From: Lama guanicoe
Taxonomy: Eukaryota
Assembly: GCA_013239625.1 (NCBI GenBank)
Contig: MU053933.1
Location: 1,883,026 to 1,947,025, forward strand
Direction of reading: 5' to 3'
Length of the DNA stretch: 64,000 nt
Made by a program: the position numbers and the translations under genes. The stretch's first letter is position 1. Every line of letters starts with the position of its first letter. The notes under the pieces are model-generated. The model was not told where the DNA came from, did no database searches, and saw only the letters and a program-made list of their open reading frames with translations. Shown piece by piece: positions 35,701 through 47,649 of this stretch.

Positions 35701-38700
35701 CCCACATGGGTCTCAGCCGGCTGTGAGCCCCGAGTCTCCCCAGCCCACCCTCGGCCCTCCTCACACCCCCTCCAACAGGAATCCAACCACCGCAGGGCCA
35801 GCAGCAGGCACTGAGGGGAGGCCTGGCCGTCCCGTCTTGGGCCCCGTGTGTGCCGTGTGCTTTCCAGGCGGGGCCGGCCTCGCACCGTCGGTGGCACAGG
35901 AGGGATGTGGGGCAGACCTACCTGTACCTCCGATGGTAAGGTGTCCTGGATTTTGCTTTTAGGAATTTTTGAACCGAAGGAAAATGACAGAGTTTGGCAA
36001 CCTGGCGCTGATTGATCAAGACGCCGCGGAGGAGGGTGGAGTCGCGATACCACTTCCAGGTGTAAAGAAAGGTGAGCAGTAGGTCTCTGGTCCTGGTGGC
36101 TAGGCCACAGCAGGCCGCCCTGCTCACCACCCGCTTTTCCTGGTGATGACGCTGTCTCCTCTGGTGGGGCTGCTGTGGCTGATGTCCCCAAGTCCTTGCT
36201 GCACAGGTGTGGCATCTTGTTGGAGGCCGGGCCAGAGCTCAGCCCTGTGCCCTGTGCTTGCTCCGACCTGGGCCACAAGGAAGACTCGGTTTTTTGCGGG
36301 GGGTGGCTGCCTCCCAGGCCTGAACCGGGAACCACCCTGCCTCACAGCCCTGGGCTGGGCAGGGACTTTTCTCCCGAACAGACGAGCCCATCTCCCCCTG
36401 GGCTGGAGCTCACGAGAGTGTTTGCTCCAAGGGCTGATCCGTGGAGGCGGTCCCGGCACAGGGCTCACCTGCTGTGTCTGTGGGAGGGTGGGGGGCAGGG
36501 ATGCCGCTCCTGCCGGGTCCAGAGGGTGGCCCTTTCTCTGTGGGCCGAGTAGGGGAGTGTGCATGCTGTGACCGGCCGTCCTTTGCCCCTAGGGGACATG
36601 AGCTCTCGGCACTTCAAACCTGAGATCAGGGTGACTTCGCTCCGCTTCTCTCCCACCGGTGAGCCCTGGGCGTCAGGTGGTTGGCGTGGGAGGGGTGGGG
36701 CTGGTCCTATGGGTCTCTGGGCCTGTGGTGTGCACAGTGGGCCTGTCACCCTGCTCCTGGGGGCAGGATCAGCATGGAGCTTCTGGCTGGCTCTGTGCAC
36801 CGCTGTCCTCCTTGGGTGAGATGTGGTCGTCCTTGTCCTCCCTGAGAATGGCTGTGACCTCAGACCTGCGAGGCTCAAAGTCAGGAGGTGGGCACCTGCC
36901 CTGAGCACCCTGCCCATGTGCCATTTGGGGCCATCAGGCACCTTGCTCCCTCGCCCCATCCCCACCACTGAGAGTGTCCAGTTGGGGAGGGTCTGTCCCC
37001 TAGAGCCTGGGGATGGAGTGGGACAGGGTTGCAGCAGGCTGATGTCTACGGGGTGGTGGCCATGCCTCCAGCCCTGGTTGAGAGACAGGCAGCTGGTGCA
37101 GACAGCACGTGTCATTGCACCACCGTGGAAGCCAGGGCTGCAGACCGGGGCCCGAGGGACGAGTCTGGGGGCCCCTGCTCTGGTGTCTGGGCAGTTTCAT
37201 CCTCGCACCGTCATGGAGTAGAGAAGCTGCAGGAGAGGCCTGCAGAGCTGGAGAGTGTGCCCTTGACAGGGAAGCTCGCCCACCCAGCGGGGATGAGGGT
37301 AGGGTGTGAACTCAGGCAGGTGGCCCTGGGGACCTGCAGCGGTGAGGGGCTGGTGGCCAAGGTAGGAGCGGGGCAGGCGCCCCTGCTCCCTTCACACTGG
37401 TGTGCTGGGGGCTCCAGGACCGTCTTCAGCACCTGTTCTTCAAAACATGGGGAAACATGGAAATCAGTGTTCTGGGAGCCTTATCAAGGCTTTGTCTCCC
37501 AGGACGCTGCTGGGCGGCCACCACGACCGAGGGACTCCTTATCTACTCCCTGGATGCGCGCATGCTCTTTGACCCTTTTGAGCTGGACACCAGTGTCACC
37601 CCGGGGCGGATCCGGGCGGCGCTGCGCCAGCGGGACTTCACCAGGGCCATCCTCATGGCCTTCAGGCTCAACGAGAGGAAGCTGCTGCAGGAGGCCCTGG
37701 AGTGGGTGCCCTGGGCTGAGAGTGAGTGGGGCGGGGCGGGGTGTGNNNNNNNNNNNNNNNNNNNNNNNNNNNNNNNNNNNNNNNNNNNNNNNNNNNNNNN
37801 NNNNNNNNNNNNNNNNNNNNNNNNTGGGGCATGGATCTGGGGGAGGCGCCCGGTGGGGCCTAGGCGGAGCGTGGACCGGGTGGTGGGGGAGGCAAGTGAG
37901 GTGGAGGGGTGGTCTGAGTGCAGGGCGGAGGCCGCTGTGTGGGGGCCGGCTGTTCTGAAGGCTTCTTGGGCTGAGCATGGTGTCCACACTTCCCTCACAG
38001 TTGAAGTCGTCAGCTCCTCGCTTCCTGACTTGTATGTGGAGAAGGTGCTGGAATTTTTAGCTTCGTCCTTGGAGGTGTCCCGCCACCTGGAGTTCTATCT
38101 CGTATGGACCCAGAAGCTGCTTATGGCGCACGGACAGAAGCTGAAGTCCAGGTAGACGGGTGCCCCTGCCCTCCGCCTGCGGTTCGGTCACTCCTTCCGC
38201 GGGGTCTGCAGCTGCGCGGCCCCAGCGGAGGTTTCTGCGCACAAGCACCGGGTGCTCCGAAGTCCGGTACCGCACTGAGGGAAGTCTCCTTTCCAGGGCG
38301 GGGAAGCTGTTGCCGGCCGTTCAGTTCCTTCAGAAGAGCATCCAGCGCCACTGGGAGGACATCTCCAAACTGTACGTGTTGCCGGAGTGGTTGGTGGGCC
38401 GGGCAGGGCTTGGACTGTCGCCAGCTGGTTCCCGCTGGTTCCACGCGGGGGCTGCTCCCCGCGTTGGCTGCTCCCCGCGTTGTCTGATTTGGGGACAGAA
38501 AATCCTGGTGGTGGATGTGCTTGTTCCCATGCCGCTGGCAAACTAAACGCGCTGGGCTGTCCCGCGGTGGGCTCCGGGAGAGCGCTCCCAGGGAGGCAAG
38601 AGGCCCTGCCGCTTGGATGAGCAGGGAGGGTCCAAAGCCTCCCTCCTCCTGTTCAGGTGGCATCGCCCTGGCCCTCGCACTTCCTGCCCCTCCCCCGGGC

Positions 38701-39708
38701 CCGGAGGATCTGCGCTCGGCCTCTTCTGGGGGTCTCCCCTCCAGCTGGGGTCAGGTGTGCAGGGGGGGGGGGCGGCTCCCAGGTGCTGTTTCCAGGCTTG
38801 GTGCTCAGGTGTCCCTACTCTGCCCCGAAGGTCTGCTTTGTGCCTGCCCGTGTGGCTCAGGTCCCCCGGTCCTCCTGTCTGTCCCGAGCGCTTTCTTGGT
38901 CTTCACGTGTCTCCAACAAACCATTGTTCTTGGAGGCTCTTTCTGAGCTCCAGGCTGCCCGCAGGGTGGCTGGAGGCTCCTCTGGGGAGCGGTCTTCCCT
39001 GTGCTGCGGTTCCATCGGGCTCCCACCAAGAAGCGGTGTTAGATCTGTTCCATGTCACTGGGTGTCGACGTGGACGCGACATGCTTGGACGCAGAGTCAG
39101 CCCAGCCGGCTTCCGTGCTGCCTGCGCTACGGGACCTGGTGCTGTTTCCCATCTCTGCGGCCCGCACGGGCTGGCCGGGTGCCGTCTGCTCTGCTCTGTG
39201 CTGACGGACCCTCGTACTGTCAGGCCGTCCCCCAAGGGCTTCTACATTGAGATGCAATAGGGATTTTTCTCTGTTGGTGTGTGGGGCTCATGTGTTAAAT
39301 GTGCTCCCATTCCTCGAGACAGCCCCTTTCTTGGGTGTCCGGAGGGACTGACTGGGGGCCGAGTGGTGTCCAGAGAAGGCGGCGTTGGGGGATGTTCGGA
39401 TGGGGGCCCTTGGCGGGTGTTTCTGGGCTCTGGAGCAGGTGGTCGAGTGCTGCATGAGCGGGGCTCTCGATGGGGTGGGAGACGCTCTTCGGCCTTGCTG
39501 ACGGCCTCCTGTGTGCCTTCGCAGCTGTGACTGGAACCGCTACAACATCCAGTACGCCCTGGCAATTTCCAAGCAGCGGGGTGTGAAGCGCCCCTCGGAC
39601 CCGCCGGGAAGTGAGGAGGAAGCAGGTCCGTCCGATGACGACGAGGACAGTCTGCACCTCCTCCGGGGGCACCCCGGGGAGGTGGACACGGATGGGCCGC
39701 TGCCCTAG
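26132..39708 (+). CDS. PWP2: Periodic tryptophan protein 2 homolog (UTP1), WD40 subunit of the SSU processome UTP-B complex; 21 coding exons, 919 aa
   Basis: Exons 26132-26149, 27746-27858, 28576-28670, 28919-29018, 29302-29445, 30251-30386, 30596-30816, 31125-31268, 31793-31863, 32226-32362, 32718-32866, 33056-33203, 33519-33669, 34350-34530, 35505-35652, 35963-36071, 36593-36658, 37503-37721, 38001-38151, 38297-38371, 39525-39708. All introns GT-AG; total 2760 nt. Starts [22 protein letters not shown]40 repeats ([44 protein letters not shown]) and a C-terminal Utp12-like region. Confidence 0.98.
26960..27345 (+). mobile_element. L2 LINE 3' fragment (degenerate)
   Basis: 'ttcaaaaaataggaactgattacagttcacttttgcttaaagcttttccag' and a terminal 'gctcagtgctgctggtggaatgaatgg' typical of the L2 3' end. 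Confidence 0.5.
34635..35170 (-). mobile_element. L1M fragment, antisense, GC-shifted (PWP2 intron 14)
   Basis: 'cccagtagtggcattgctgggtcacatggt', 'ctttggagaaatgtctgt', 'cttgtgctcttggtgtcacatccaagaatcctctgccaagtccagggtca'. Confidence 0.75.
37746..37824. other. Assembly gap (79 N) in PWP2 intron 18
   Basis: Run of N flanked by G-rich sequence. Confidence 0.99.
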
Positions 39709-39974
39709 AGCCGCCCTGCTGCAGGCCCGCTGGCCGTGCTTGAGACGCCGGGGGAGGTGGACGCCGCTGGAGGTTGGGGCTCTGTCCCCGAGGCTGGCGC
39801 TTCTGTGCGAAGCTGTCGCGGCCGCAGGGTCAGTGAGCTCACGGCCCAGAGCTGGCACGTGAGCGAAAGTGGACGTGGAGCCTCTGCTGCTGAAAACTGA
39901 GAGGCGAGTGGGATCATGTGTGTGGACTCAGACTTTGTATGAGAAATTTTACATTTTTAATACGAAGTTTTGAC

Positions 39975-39980
39975 AATAAA
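39975..39980 (+). terminator. PWP2 poly(A) signal
   Basis: AATAAA ~270 nt after the stop, in an AT-rich patch, followed by a T-rich element. Confidence 0.8.
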
Positions 39981-42900
39981 CTTAGGGATGAAAATGTATT
40001 TTTCTAAAAAGTAGCTATGGGTTAAGTCTGGCCTCTGAATTTGAAACATTGGTGCTGTACCCTGAACGTGACTGTCCTGGGGAGAGCAGGGCCACCTGCC
40101 TGCTGGCACCTCCTGTCCCCTTGCTTGGCTGCCCTGTAGTAGAGCCTTTTTGCAGAAGACTAGTACCTCAGTAGCTGGTCTTTCTGTTGTGCGTGCGCAA
40201 GCAGCCCACTTGCTCGGTACAAATTTTGGTGGCCCAGATGGAATCCAAGTCCTGGCTGGATGACAGCTCGTGGCTTGCTGGCACTGCGTTGGGAATGGGG
40301 CCTGGATGACCCACCTCAGCAGCTGCCTAGGTGGCTTTGCCTGGACGACTTGTCCTCGACAGCTCCATCCAGCACAGTGGCAGCCACCTTGGGCGCGTTG
40401 CAGGTCCACTTTTGCAGAAAGAGGCTGTGGAACAAGAAGTCTTCTGGGTGAAGGTCTAGGTGCCTGGGTCCAAAAGCTGTTTTCTCTCCCTGGTATTGAC
40501 CCTCGTTCAGAGGTCCTGGTAACCTGAACGTGGTCTAGATTCTCTTGGGAACTCAGAGCTGAAGTTTGTCTTTGGTGTGATTCAGAGCCAGAAGTTTGTC
40601 TGGATCGAGGCCTGTGAATGTGTGTGGCTGAGTGGTACGTATTACTGTCTCTTACTGTTGTTAGTTTAAACTGAACTGGCTATGTGGGGACTGACCACAG
40701 CAAACTGCCCCCAGGAGTAACCTGATGAGTCTTCTGAGTCCAAAGAAAAGTGCCACTGTTCCTCCAGGCCTTTGCGACGTTCCCAGGTGACTGGGGAACT
40801 TGCTCAGGGGTCGGGGCTTCTGCCTGTGACCTGCCTGCATTGTTGGTGGGGAAGCAGCTGGCCCTGGCAGCCCTGCTGGGGGTTACACACCCGAGCCTTG
40901 CCGGCACCAGTAGGGAGTAGTTGCTGCAAATACCACCCGGTCCGAGCTGACCCAGCGCCCCTTAAAAAAAACGATCGCTGCAGCCACTGGGGGAAAGCCC
41001 CAAAATGGGAACTGCAAATGGTGTACCAGCCTGCAGCCCAGTGGGATGCAGTCTCCAAAATCGGGGCACTTTTATCTATGAGCTTCTGAAAAAGGTGACT
41101 ATATATGTATTTTAATACTACCTGGCCCCAATATCAATTGGAGTTAGGGGAGAAATAGCCCAAAAATGGGTTCTCAGAGGGTCATACCTTTATTGTACCC
41201 GGGTTTACTAGGAGTCAAATGGGATCTTGTTTCTGTTACAAAAATTTGTCAGCAAGAAAATGACATAATATGATGAAACATTAGTCAGTGAATTCAATGT
41301 AAATGAAAGTTTTCAGGTGGACTCTGTAGGAATAATTTTGTTTCAGGTACGCCTGTCTAAAAATAGTTTCTCCAGATTTTGGTAATTTGAAATTTGGTTT
41401 TGCGAAGTTAAGTTGAATGAAGGAAATTTATACAATGTCCGGATCATTTCCAGGTAGGATCAGATACTGAAACACTAAAAACAAGTCCAAGTTCACCTGC
41501 TTTTGTCCTCTTACTAGAGAAAAACTAAAGATGTTTTGGCTTTTCGGACACACCCCCCCGCTGAGGACGAAGCTGCTGTGAGAAGATGTGCATTGCCAGC
41601 GGTTACAGGCGATGCTCGCCGGCTGGCCGGTCGGGAAGCGCGGGTCCGGCCGCCTGCTCACGGTTGTCTCCTACGTGGTTTCCGCAGGAGATAAAGGTTG
41701 TTAAGGCTTAAAAATTGCAACATACGTAATTAAAGCTTCTAGAAATAACAAAGGAGACATTTCAGTATGCAAGGCAGGGAGCATGTGTGTGTTTTCAGTA
41801 AAAGGAGGTATGAGATGTAGAAATACAGTTCATTAAGGGGAAAGAAGGTAATTTTGCCTTAAAGCTGGTTATTCCCCAAAGGGGGAGAAAATAAGGGACA
41901 AACTTAATACGGACATGGAAGGTTGTGGAGGGTTCGTGGGAAGGGAGCCCTGGGAGAGGAGCTTTGCGCTTGGTCAGGACTGGCTGTGGCTAGATTGAAT
42001 TAAAGTAAATGAGTTTTATTAAAAGCGAGCAGGTGCAAAACTGGAATTTGGTATTCTCTCTCTGTTAGGAGAACAAGGTTTCCTTGGAATATTGATGGCT
42101 GTTGGTGAGATTGTAAAGGTTTCTTTCCCTGTTAAGTAAGGTGGTGTAACTTTCTGTACTTGCCTTTGAAACCTTTTGTTGTCACTTGGTTAAATGAGTG
42201 AGTATCATTTCCCCATGACCTACGATCCTGTTCAGCCAGGTGTTTTAAAACCTTTTTGATATTTTTGACAAACTTCCCAAAGATCAAATTCCAGCTGAAA
42301 TTCATCTGACCTATAGCTAACTGAGGTTTTCCAGTGACCCCCGGAACACCTCAAGAAAATTATTTTCTCTTTATGAGAGATATTAAACTAATTAGATTGA
42401 CTTGTGCATTCAGTTGCATGGGAAGCATTGTCAAACGAGTGGGGATAAACCTTCTTAGGTTGTATTATGTGAGTAAATGTCATTAATACAAATGTTCTAG
42501 AAACTACGTGGAATTTCTAAAATTTGAACATGCTTTGGTATAACATCAGTCATCATTCTAGTCATTATGTTAAAATGTCTGTCACAGCAGCGACCATACT
42601 CCTTTGTCAGTTGCATCAGATGTCGGGTATCTTTAACCGTGTCTGTGTCAGTCTCTTGTCCCTTATAGACAGTTACCGTTTTACTCTGATGCTTTTGTAA
42701 AAATGCTGTATCTTCAAGAAGATTCACAGAAAGGACTTTGACAAGCACAGGCTTCTGGTAACGTTCAGGCCGTACCACTGAACTGGGTAAGAAATTGAAT
42801 AATTCTAATGGAAACCCTGAGGGCTTCACCAAACTGTTAACAAAAGATCGAGATCAAGGATTAGTTGCACAGGACTGAGTGAACTGACGAATATGGCTAT

Positions 42901-45164
42901 AGTGTTTTGGGGGTTTTTTTGTCTGAAATATTACTGGCTTTCAATCCGTGTTTTCCAACTATAAGGAAACCTTTCCCTTTAAGCTAATTATGACTTACAG
43001 CAACTTGGTAAATTATACCTTTGTAAGTGGAATTGAAACATTTTATCTTTTCTGTCTACCTGAAGCCTCCAGAAATTGGAAATTCATATGTTCCTAGCAG
43101 CCTTATCAGGTAAATAAAGAAGGCCACCTCCAGACAGGTGCAGGAATCTCCAGACACCTGGGGGACCTTGAGAAGAGAGCAATTCACCAGATCTACAGAT
43201 ATTGCAGGCAGAATCTGATGAAAAGCCCTTGGTATGGCTTTCCTGGCCTTGAGAGGCCTTTGAAAAGTTCAATCTGAGGTTCCTTATGAAGAGTTCCAGG
43301 AAAGCCAATTTAAAAGAACCTATATGCTCACTTACACTTATATAATTAGGCCAAGGTTTTTGAAACCAGACTTATTTTGCAAACTAATTAGTCTTAATTT
43401 GGCTATGTTTCATAGAAATGAGGATAATTTTAGAGACAGATTATATACCTTAAAGAAGACTTTGGCAAGGATTTGCCAAGAAACTAACCTGACCTGGGAC
43501 AAGACCTTGCCCATTGTCCCAAAGCAGGCTCCCAAGGAGCCCCTGTGGGCTGTTACTTGGGAGACCGTCCTCTACAGCACATGTGACCTGGGGAATCCAG
43601 AGGGCCAAAGAGGTGAAGAACTTGAGCTTGTCAGCTATGTATAGACCTTAGGCTGTTCATTAACTGCTCTCCATAAATTCGCCTATGGCAGATTAATGTT
43701 TCTTCCTCATCCTCCTATTCTTCTGCGTCCAGGAGACTAGGCACCACTGAAGTCCTGGCAGGATCAAGCATCCTAGAGACCAGCTCCAGCCCCTGGGGTG
43801 GGGTAGGACTGAACGAGGGAGGTGCTCGTGGTGACTCGCTCGTCTGTATAGCTGCAGGGAATGAAGCCCTGGGTGCGCCACTCGTGAGTCAGGTTAGTTC
43901 CCGCCGAGACCACTCCATCCAAGTAAGACAGGGAACAGGAACTAGAGAGGGAGTGTCACAGAACTCGGGATGTCCGGACGTGGGTTGGTGGCAGACCCCA
44001 ACACTGACTTTGCACTCCCCGCTGTGACTGCGAACCCTTAATGATCTTAAATTGCTTTCGAGGAAGAAACTGTAAGGAGGAAAATGAGGAGGCGTCAGGC
44101 TGACTAGCAGGCGGGTCCTCCCAGTCCAGTAGGGTTGTCTGCTTGTCGTCGGTGCGGTCTTGTCTCTTGTGAAAGTCTGTGTGGCACGTGAGTGTGCAGC
44201 CGTTCCCTGTGTGAACAGAACAGTGTGTCCCAGAGCCCTTCTGCCCTGACCTACTGAGCCAGAAGATGAATACACTCACAGTCCTGTATTTTCAGACACA
44301 AATAACTCATCTGTCAATGATCCCCATGGTCCTGAAGAGAACTGGGTGGACCCTGTTTTTTTTCCCCCCATTCCACCTGCCTCCTGCCAGTTGTCCCGCA
44401 CTGAGCTTGGGATACAAGAACTGAATCGCCTCCCAAAAGCCATGGCAGCAAGGGCGAAGAGGGACCTGGGTCTGTCATCCTAATCCTCGTAGTCGGGGAA
44501 AAATATACTCAGCCCTGCCAGCCAAAAACGTCTCCCAGCTCCCCCATTAATTATAAGAGAACTAAATAATATGACCTTGACCTTCCTCTAGAGGCCTCCC
44601 TAGCGTCCACTCCCAAAACAGAAATTCCCTGCTATTAATAAGACTTCTCCTTGTACACTATGCAATTCTCTTAATGCTGAGAACTTAAATGCCTCCCTTC
44701 AGAGCTTGGACCCACCATTCACCCACAATCCAGGACACCTCGCTGATGCCAGCCTTACGAGTTGCAGCCACTCCAGGGGGGAGTCCAAAGTGGGTCAGCA
44801 CGGGCACGGACCCCAACCAAACATGGGTGAGCCTCCCAGGATGCTCTCCCGTCTTTCCCGGAGAGCCGGACAACATGCTGGCTACCGAGAGCCCCTCCAG
44901 CAGCAAGAATGGCTCAAGCATGCCAAAATAGAACCTGTGAAACAGGCCCCCAAGGAGGGCTGTGGCTTACCAGACCCTACGAGTTGGGCCCATTGTCTTC
45001 CTCGTGTCACTCATGTGCCACTGTCTCATCTTTGGCCTCAGCCCTTTTCTCTCCAGAAAAACATGTGGGAGTGGTTTCTCTGGGGCCCAGAGAGCCTGCT
45101 GCCCAAAGGAAATGCCACCAACAAAGCCCCTGTGGCCCCCAGGAAAGATGAGATGGAATCTAGG

Positions 45165-45627
45165 TGTTAAGGCCTAACCTCTGGTGCTTAGTCTAGTTTC
45201 ACCTGCTGGCAGGGGGCCCTGTGCCGAGGCCTCCCACCTGACACATCGGATCAGTTCCTAGTGCAAAGCCTCTAGGTGTGACACCCTGACTTGGCAAGCC
45301 GTGTGCAGAGGGGCTGCTCACGACACCTCAATTCAAGGCGGCAACAGCGTGCCGTGTGCAGAAATGCTGCACCTGGCTCTTCCCTCTGGCCTGCGGTGAG
45401 CACGTGACTCCACCCAACTCGCAGACGCCGCCCTCCCTCCAGACCAGACCTGTAAAGCAGCTCTGCTGACGGCCTTTCAGGGGAGCGGAAGCTACGACTT
45501 CTCCATCCTTTGTCCAAGGAATAAACCTTCCCTTTGTTCCTGAACCCACTTGGCTTAGTTTTACTGGTGTCAGTGACACCAGGCAGGAGGACCCCTGTGG
45601 GGGCCTGACTCAAAAGGGTCGGTAACA
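45165..45627 (+). mobile_element. Solo LTR nested in the ERV env region (5' boundary uncertain)
   Basis: TGTTA...TAACA termini, AATAAA at 45520-45525 followed by a U5-like segment ending CGGTAACA. No TSD resolved. Confidence 0.6.
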
Positions 45628-46140
45628 TGTCCACTCTGAGATAAGTATTCTTCCCCCAGGAAAGCAGACAAAAAGGAAGAGTGCCTCAGGACTGATGATT
45701 GCAGGTGCGGCTCGGCACTAGGACCAGCAGCACCGCGGGAAGCGGGTGCTGGCCACGAGACTACCCTTCAAAATCTAACCACCTCTGTGGGGGTACTGAG
45801 CAAAACACTAGCCTCTAGTTTACACCAATTCAAGGTGTTGGTGAACTCCTTGGATCCTAGAACGGCCCTGGATTACCTCCTGGCGGAGCAAGGCCATGTC
45901 TGCGGGGTTGCTAACAGTGCCTGCCGCACGAGGACAGGTACCACTGGACCAGTGGAGCAAGATAACAAAGAAAATACACCAACAGGACGGCCGGTTATGT
46001 GGGGTCGGTAATCCTGCCCAGGACACATGGAATTCTTTATACAAAGCATTTTCTCCCCAGCAAGTCTTGGTTACATGGCTATGCCCACCAATATTTCCTT
46101 TGGTCACAGCCACGTTGATTCTTCTGTTTGAGCCCCTTAA

Positions 46141-46910
46141 TGTTTTAAATGTATTTATTTATTTAAATTGAAACATAATTGATTTACAATATTGTTAGTT
46201 TCAGGTGTACAGCAAAGTGATTCGGTTATACATATGTATTTCAGATTCTTGACTATTTTAAGTTATTAAAGTTCCCTGGGCTATAAAGTAAATCTTTTGT
46301 TGTCTATTTTAGGTATAGTGGTGTGTATCTGTTAATTCCATACTCCTAATTTATCCCTTGCCCCTCCCTCCTTTGGTAACTGTAAGTTTGTTTTCTGTGT
46401 CTGTCAGTCTATTTCTGTTCTATAAATATATTCATTTGTATTTTTTAGATTCCACATGTAAGTGGTATATTTGTTTTTCTCTGACTTTTGTCAGTGTGAT
46501 TATCTCTAGGACCATCTGCGTTGCTGCAAATGGCATTATTTCACTTCTTTTAATGGCTGAGTTTCCATGTGTTGGCTATTGTAACTAGTGCTGCTATGAA
46601 CAATTAGGGTGCATGTATCTTTTTGAATTAGAGTTTTTATCTTTTCCTGATGTATGCCCAGAAGCAGGACTGCTGGATCATATAGCAGGTCTATTTTTAG
46701 TTTTTTAAGGAGCCTCCATACTGGTTGCACCAGTTTGCATTCCCACCATCAGTGTAGGAGGGATCCCTGTTCTCCACACCCTCACCAGCATTTATTATTT
46801 GTAGACTTTGATGATGGCCATTCTGACAAGTATGAGGTGATAACTCATGGTAGTTTTGATTCGCATTTCTCTGATAATTAACGATGTTGAGCATCTGTTC
46901 ACATGCCTGT
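46141..46910 (-). mobile_element. L1 3' end (younger artiodactyl/camelid type), antisense, inserted in ERV env
   Basis: 'ttgatttacaatattgttagtttcaggtgtacagcaaagtgattcggttata', 'ttttttagattccacatgtaagt'. The minus-strand [25 protein letters not shown] is the L1 ORF2 C-terminus. Confidence 0.9.
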
Positions 46911-47149
46911 CTGGGCTTACAATTCCTAACTTTCTTGTCAAGTTTGTGTCTCAAAGGCTGTAGGCCACCAGTTTTCCTGTCATCACCCGGAACTGAAGCG
47001 ATACCAACCCCTCCAACAGCTCAACGTAAACCTGTTTCACTCCTGAAGCCCTTGCTGGGCCTGCACCCCTTAGCAGCAAGAAGCAGCTGGAGCGGGTGGT
47101 CGCCCCTGATCCCTCAAGATTGAGGAATGAACCAAAGACAGCAGTGGAC

Positions 47150-47600
47150 TGAAACATACCCTGTAATTTACAAGGCCCATGAGGTAGAAACAAGATGAAA
47201 CAGCGAACACCAAGCTCCTTTTGCAGACCAGGGAAATGGCAGATAGGAAACAACGTGCTGACAGCAGGCACACTGAGGGGCTAGAAGGAGGAACAGTGAA
47301 CTCTAGACCTCACAGGTGGAAAATCCAATGCATGTTACGTATGACACCCTCCCCCCAATTTGCACATGCGACCCATGAAGAGGCAGGAAGAGGGGGTCCC
47401 CGCGCTGCGTAAAGAGCTCTTGAAGCCCACATTGCTTCCCACCAATCACATCCCAGCCCCCTCCCCTTCTTGTTCCATACTTCCCTGGTAAATACCCCAG
47501 CCCAAAGCCCACGGGGCCACGGATCTGAGCATCGCTCCGGCCTCCTTCCCGAGACCCCTGCGGTCAAGCCCGCTGTCTGCAGAAACCTGGCCTCCGTTGC
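47150..47600 (+). mobile_element. 3' LTR of the ERV, directly upstream of the GATD3 promoter
   Basis: Follows a typical ERV1 3' untranslated motif 'cagcaagaagcagctggagcgggtggtcgcccct'. Contains CCAAT (47442) and TATA-like GGTAAATA. Its R/U5 part resembles 40105-40170. Confidence 0.65.
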
Positions 47601-47649
47601 ACAGCGAGCTCCTTTACAAAAGGGCCAACGTCAGTGGAAATTCTAAGGC

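Larger units (their letters stand above)
40042..47600 (+). mobile_element. Degenerate class I (ERV1, HERV-I-like) endogenous retrovirus provirus
   Basis: Partial 5' LTR ending ...CTCGGTACA (40221). PBS-like TGGTGGCCCAGATGGAAT at 40227-40244. Gag matrix remnant FNTTWPQYQLELGEK*PKNG (~41111-41170). Integrase remnants TLKKTLARICQETNLTWDKTLP (~43447) and KPWVRHS (~43864). Env TM remnants KRKSASGLMIAG, HETTLQNLT, RTALDYLLAEQGHVCGVANSACRT (~45670-45930) and [11 protein letters not shown] (~46928). 3' LTR from TGAAACAT at 47150. Confidence 0.85.

Noticed and set aside
44685-46171. Possible domesticated env (syncytin-like) gene
   Set aside because: Fragmented by stops, frameshifts and two insertions, and the CX6CC motif is broken. 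No long intact ORF.
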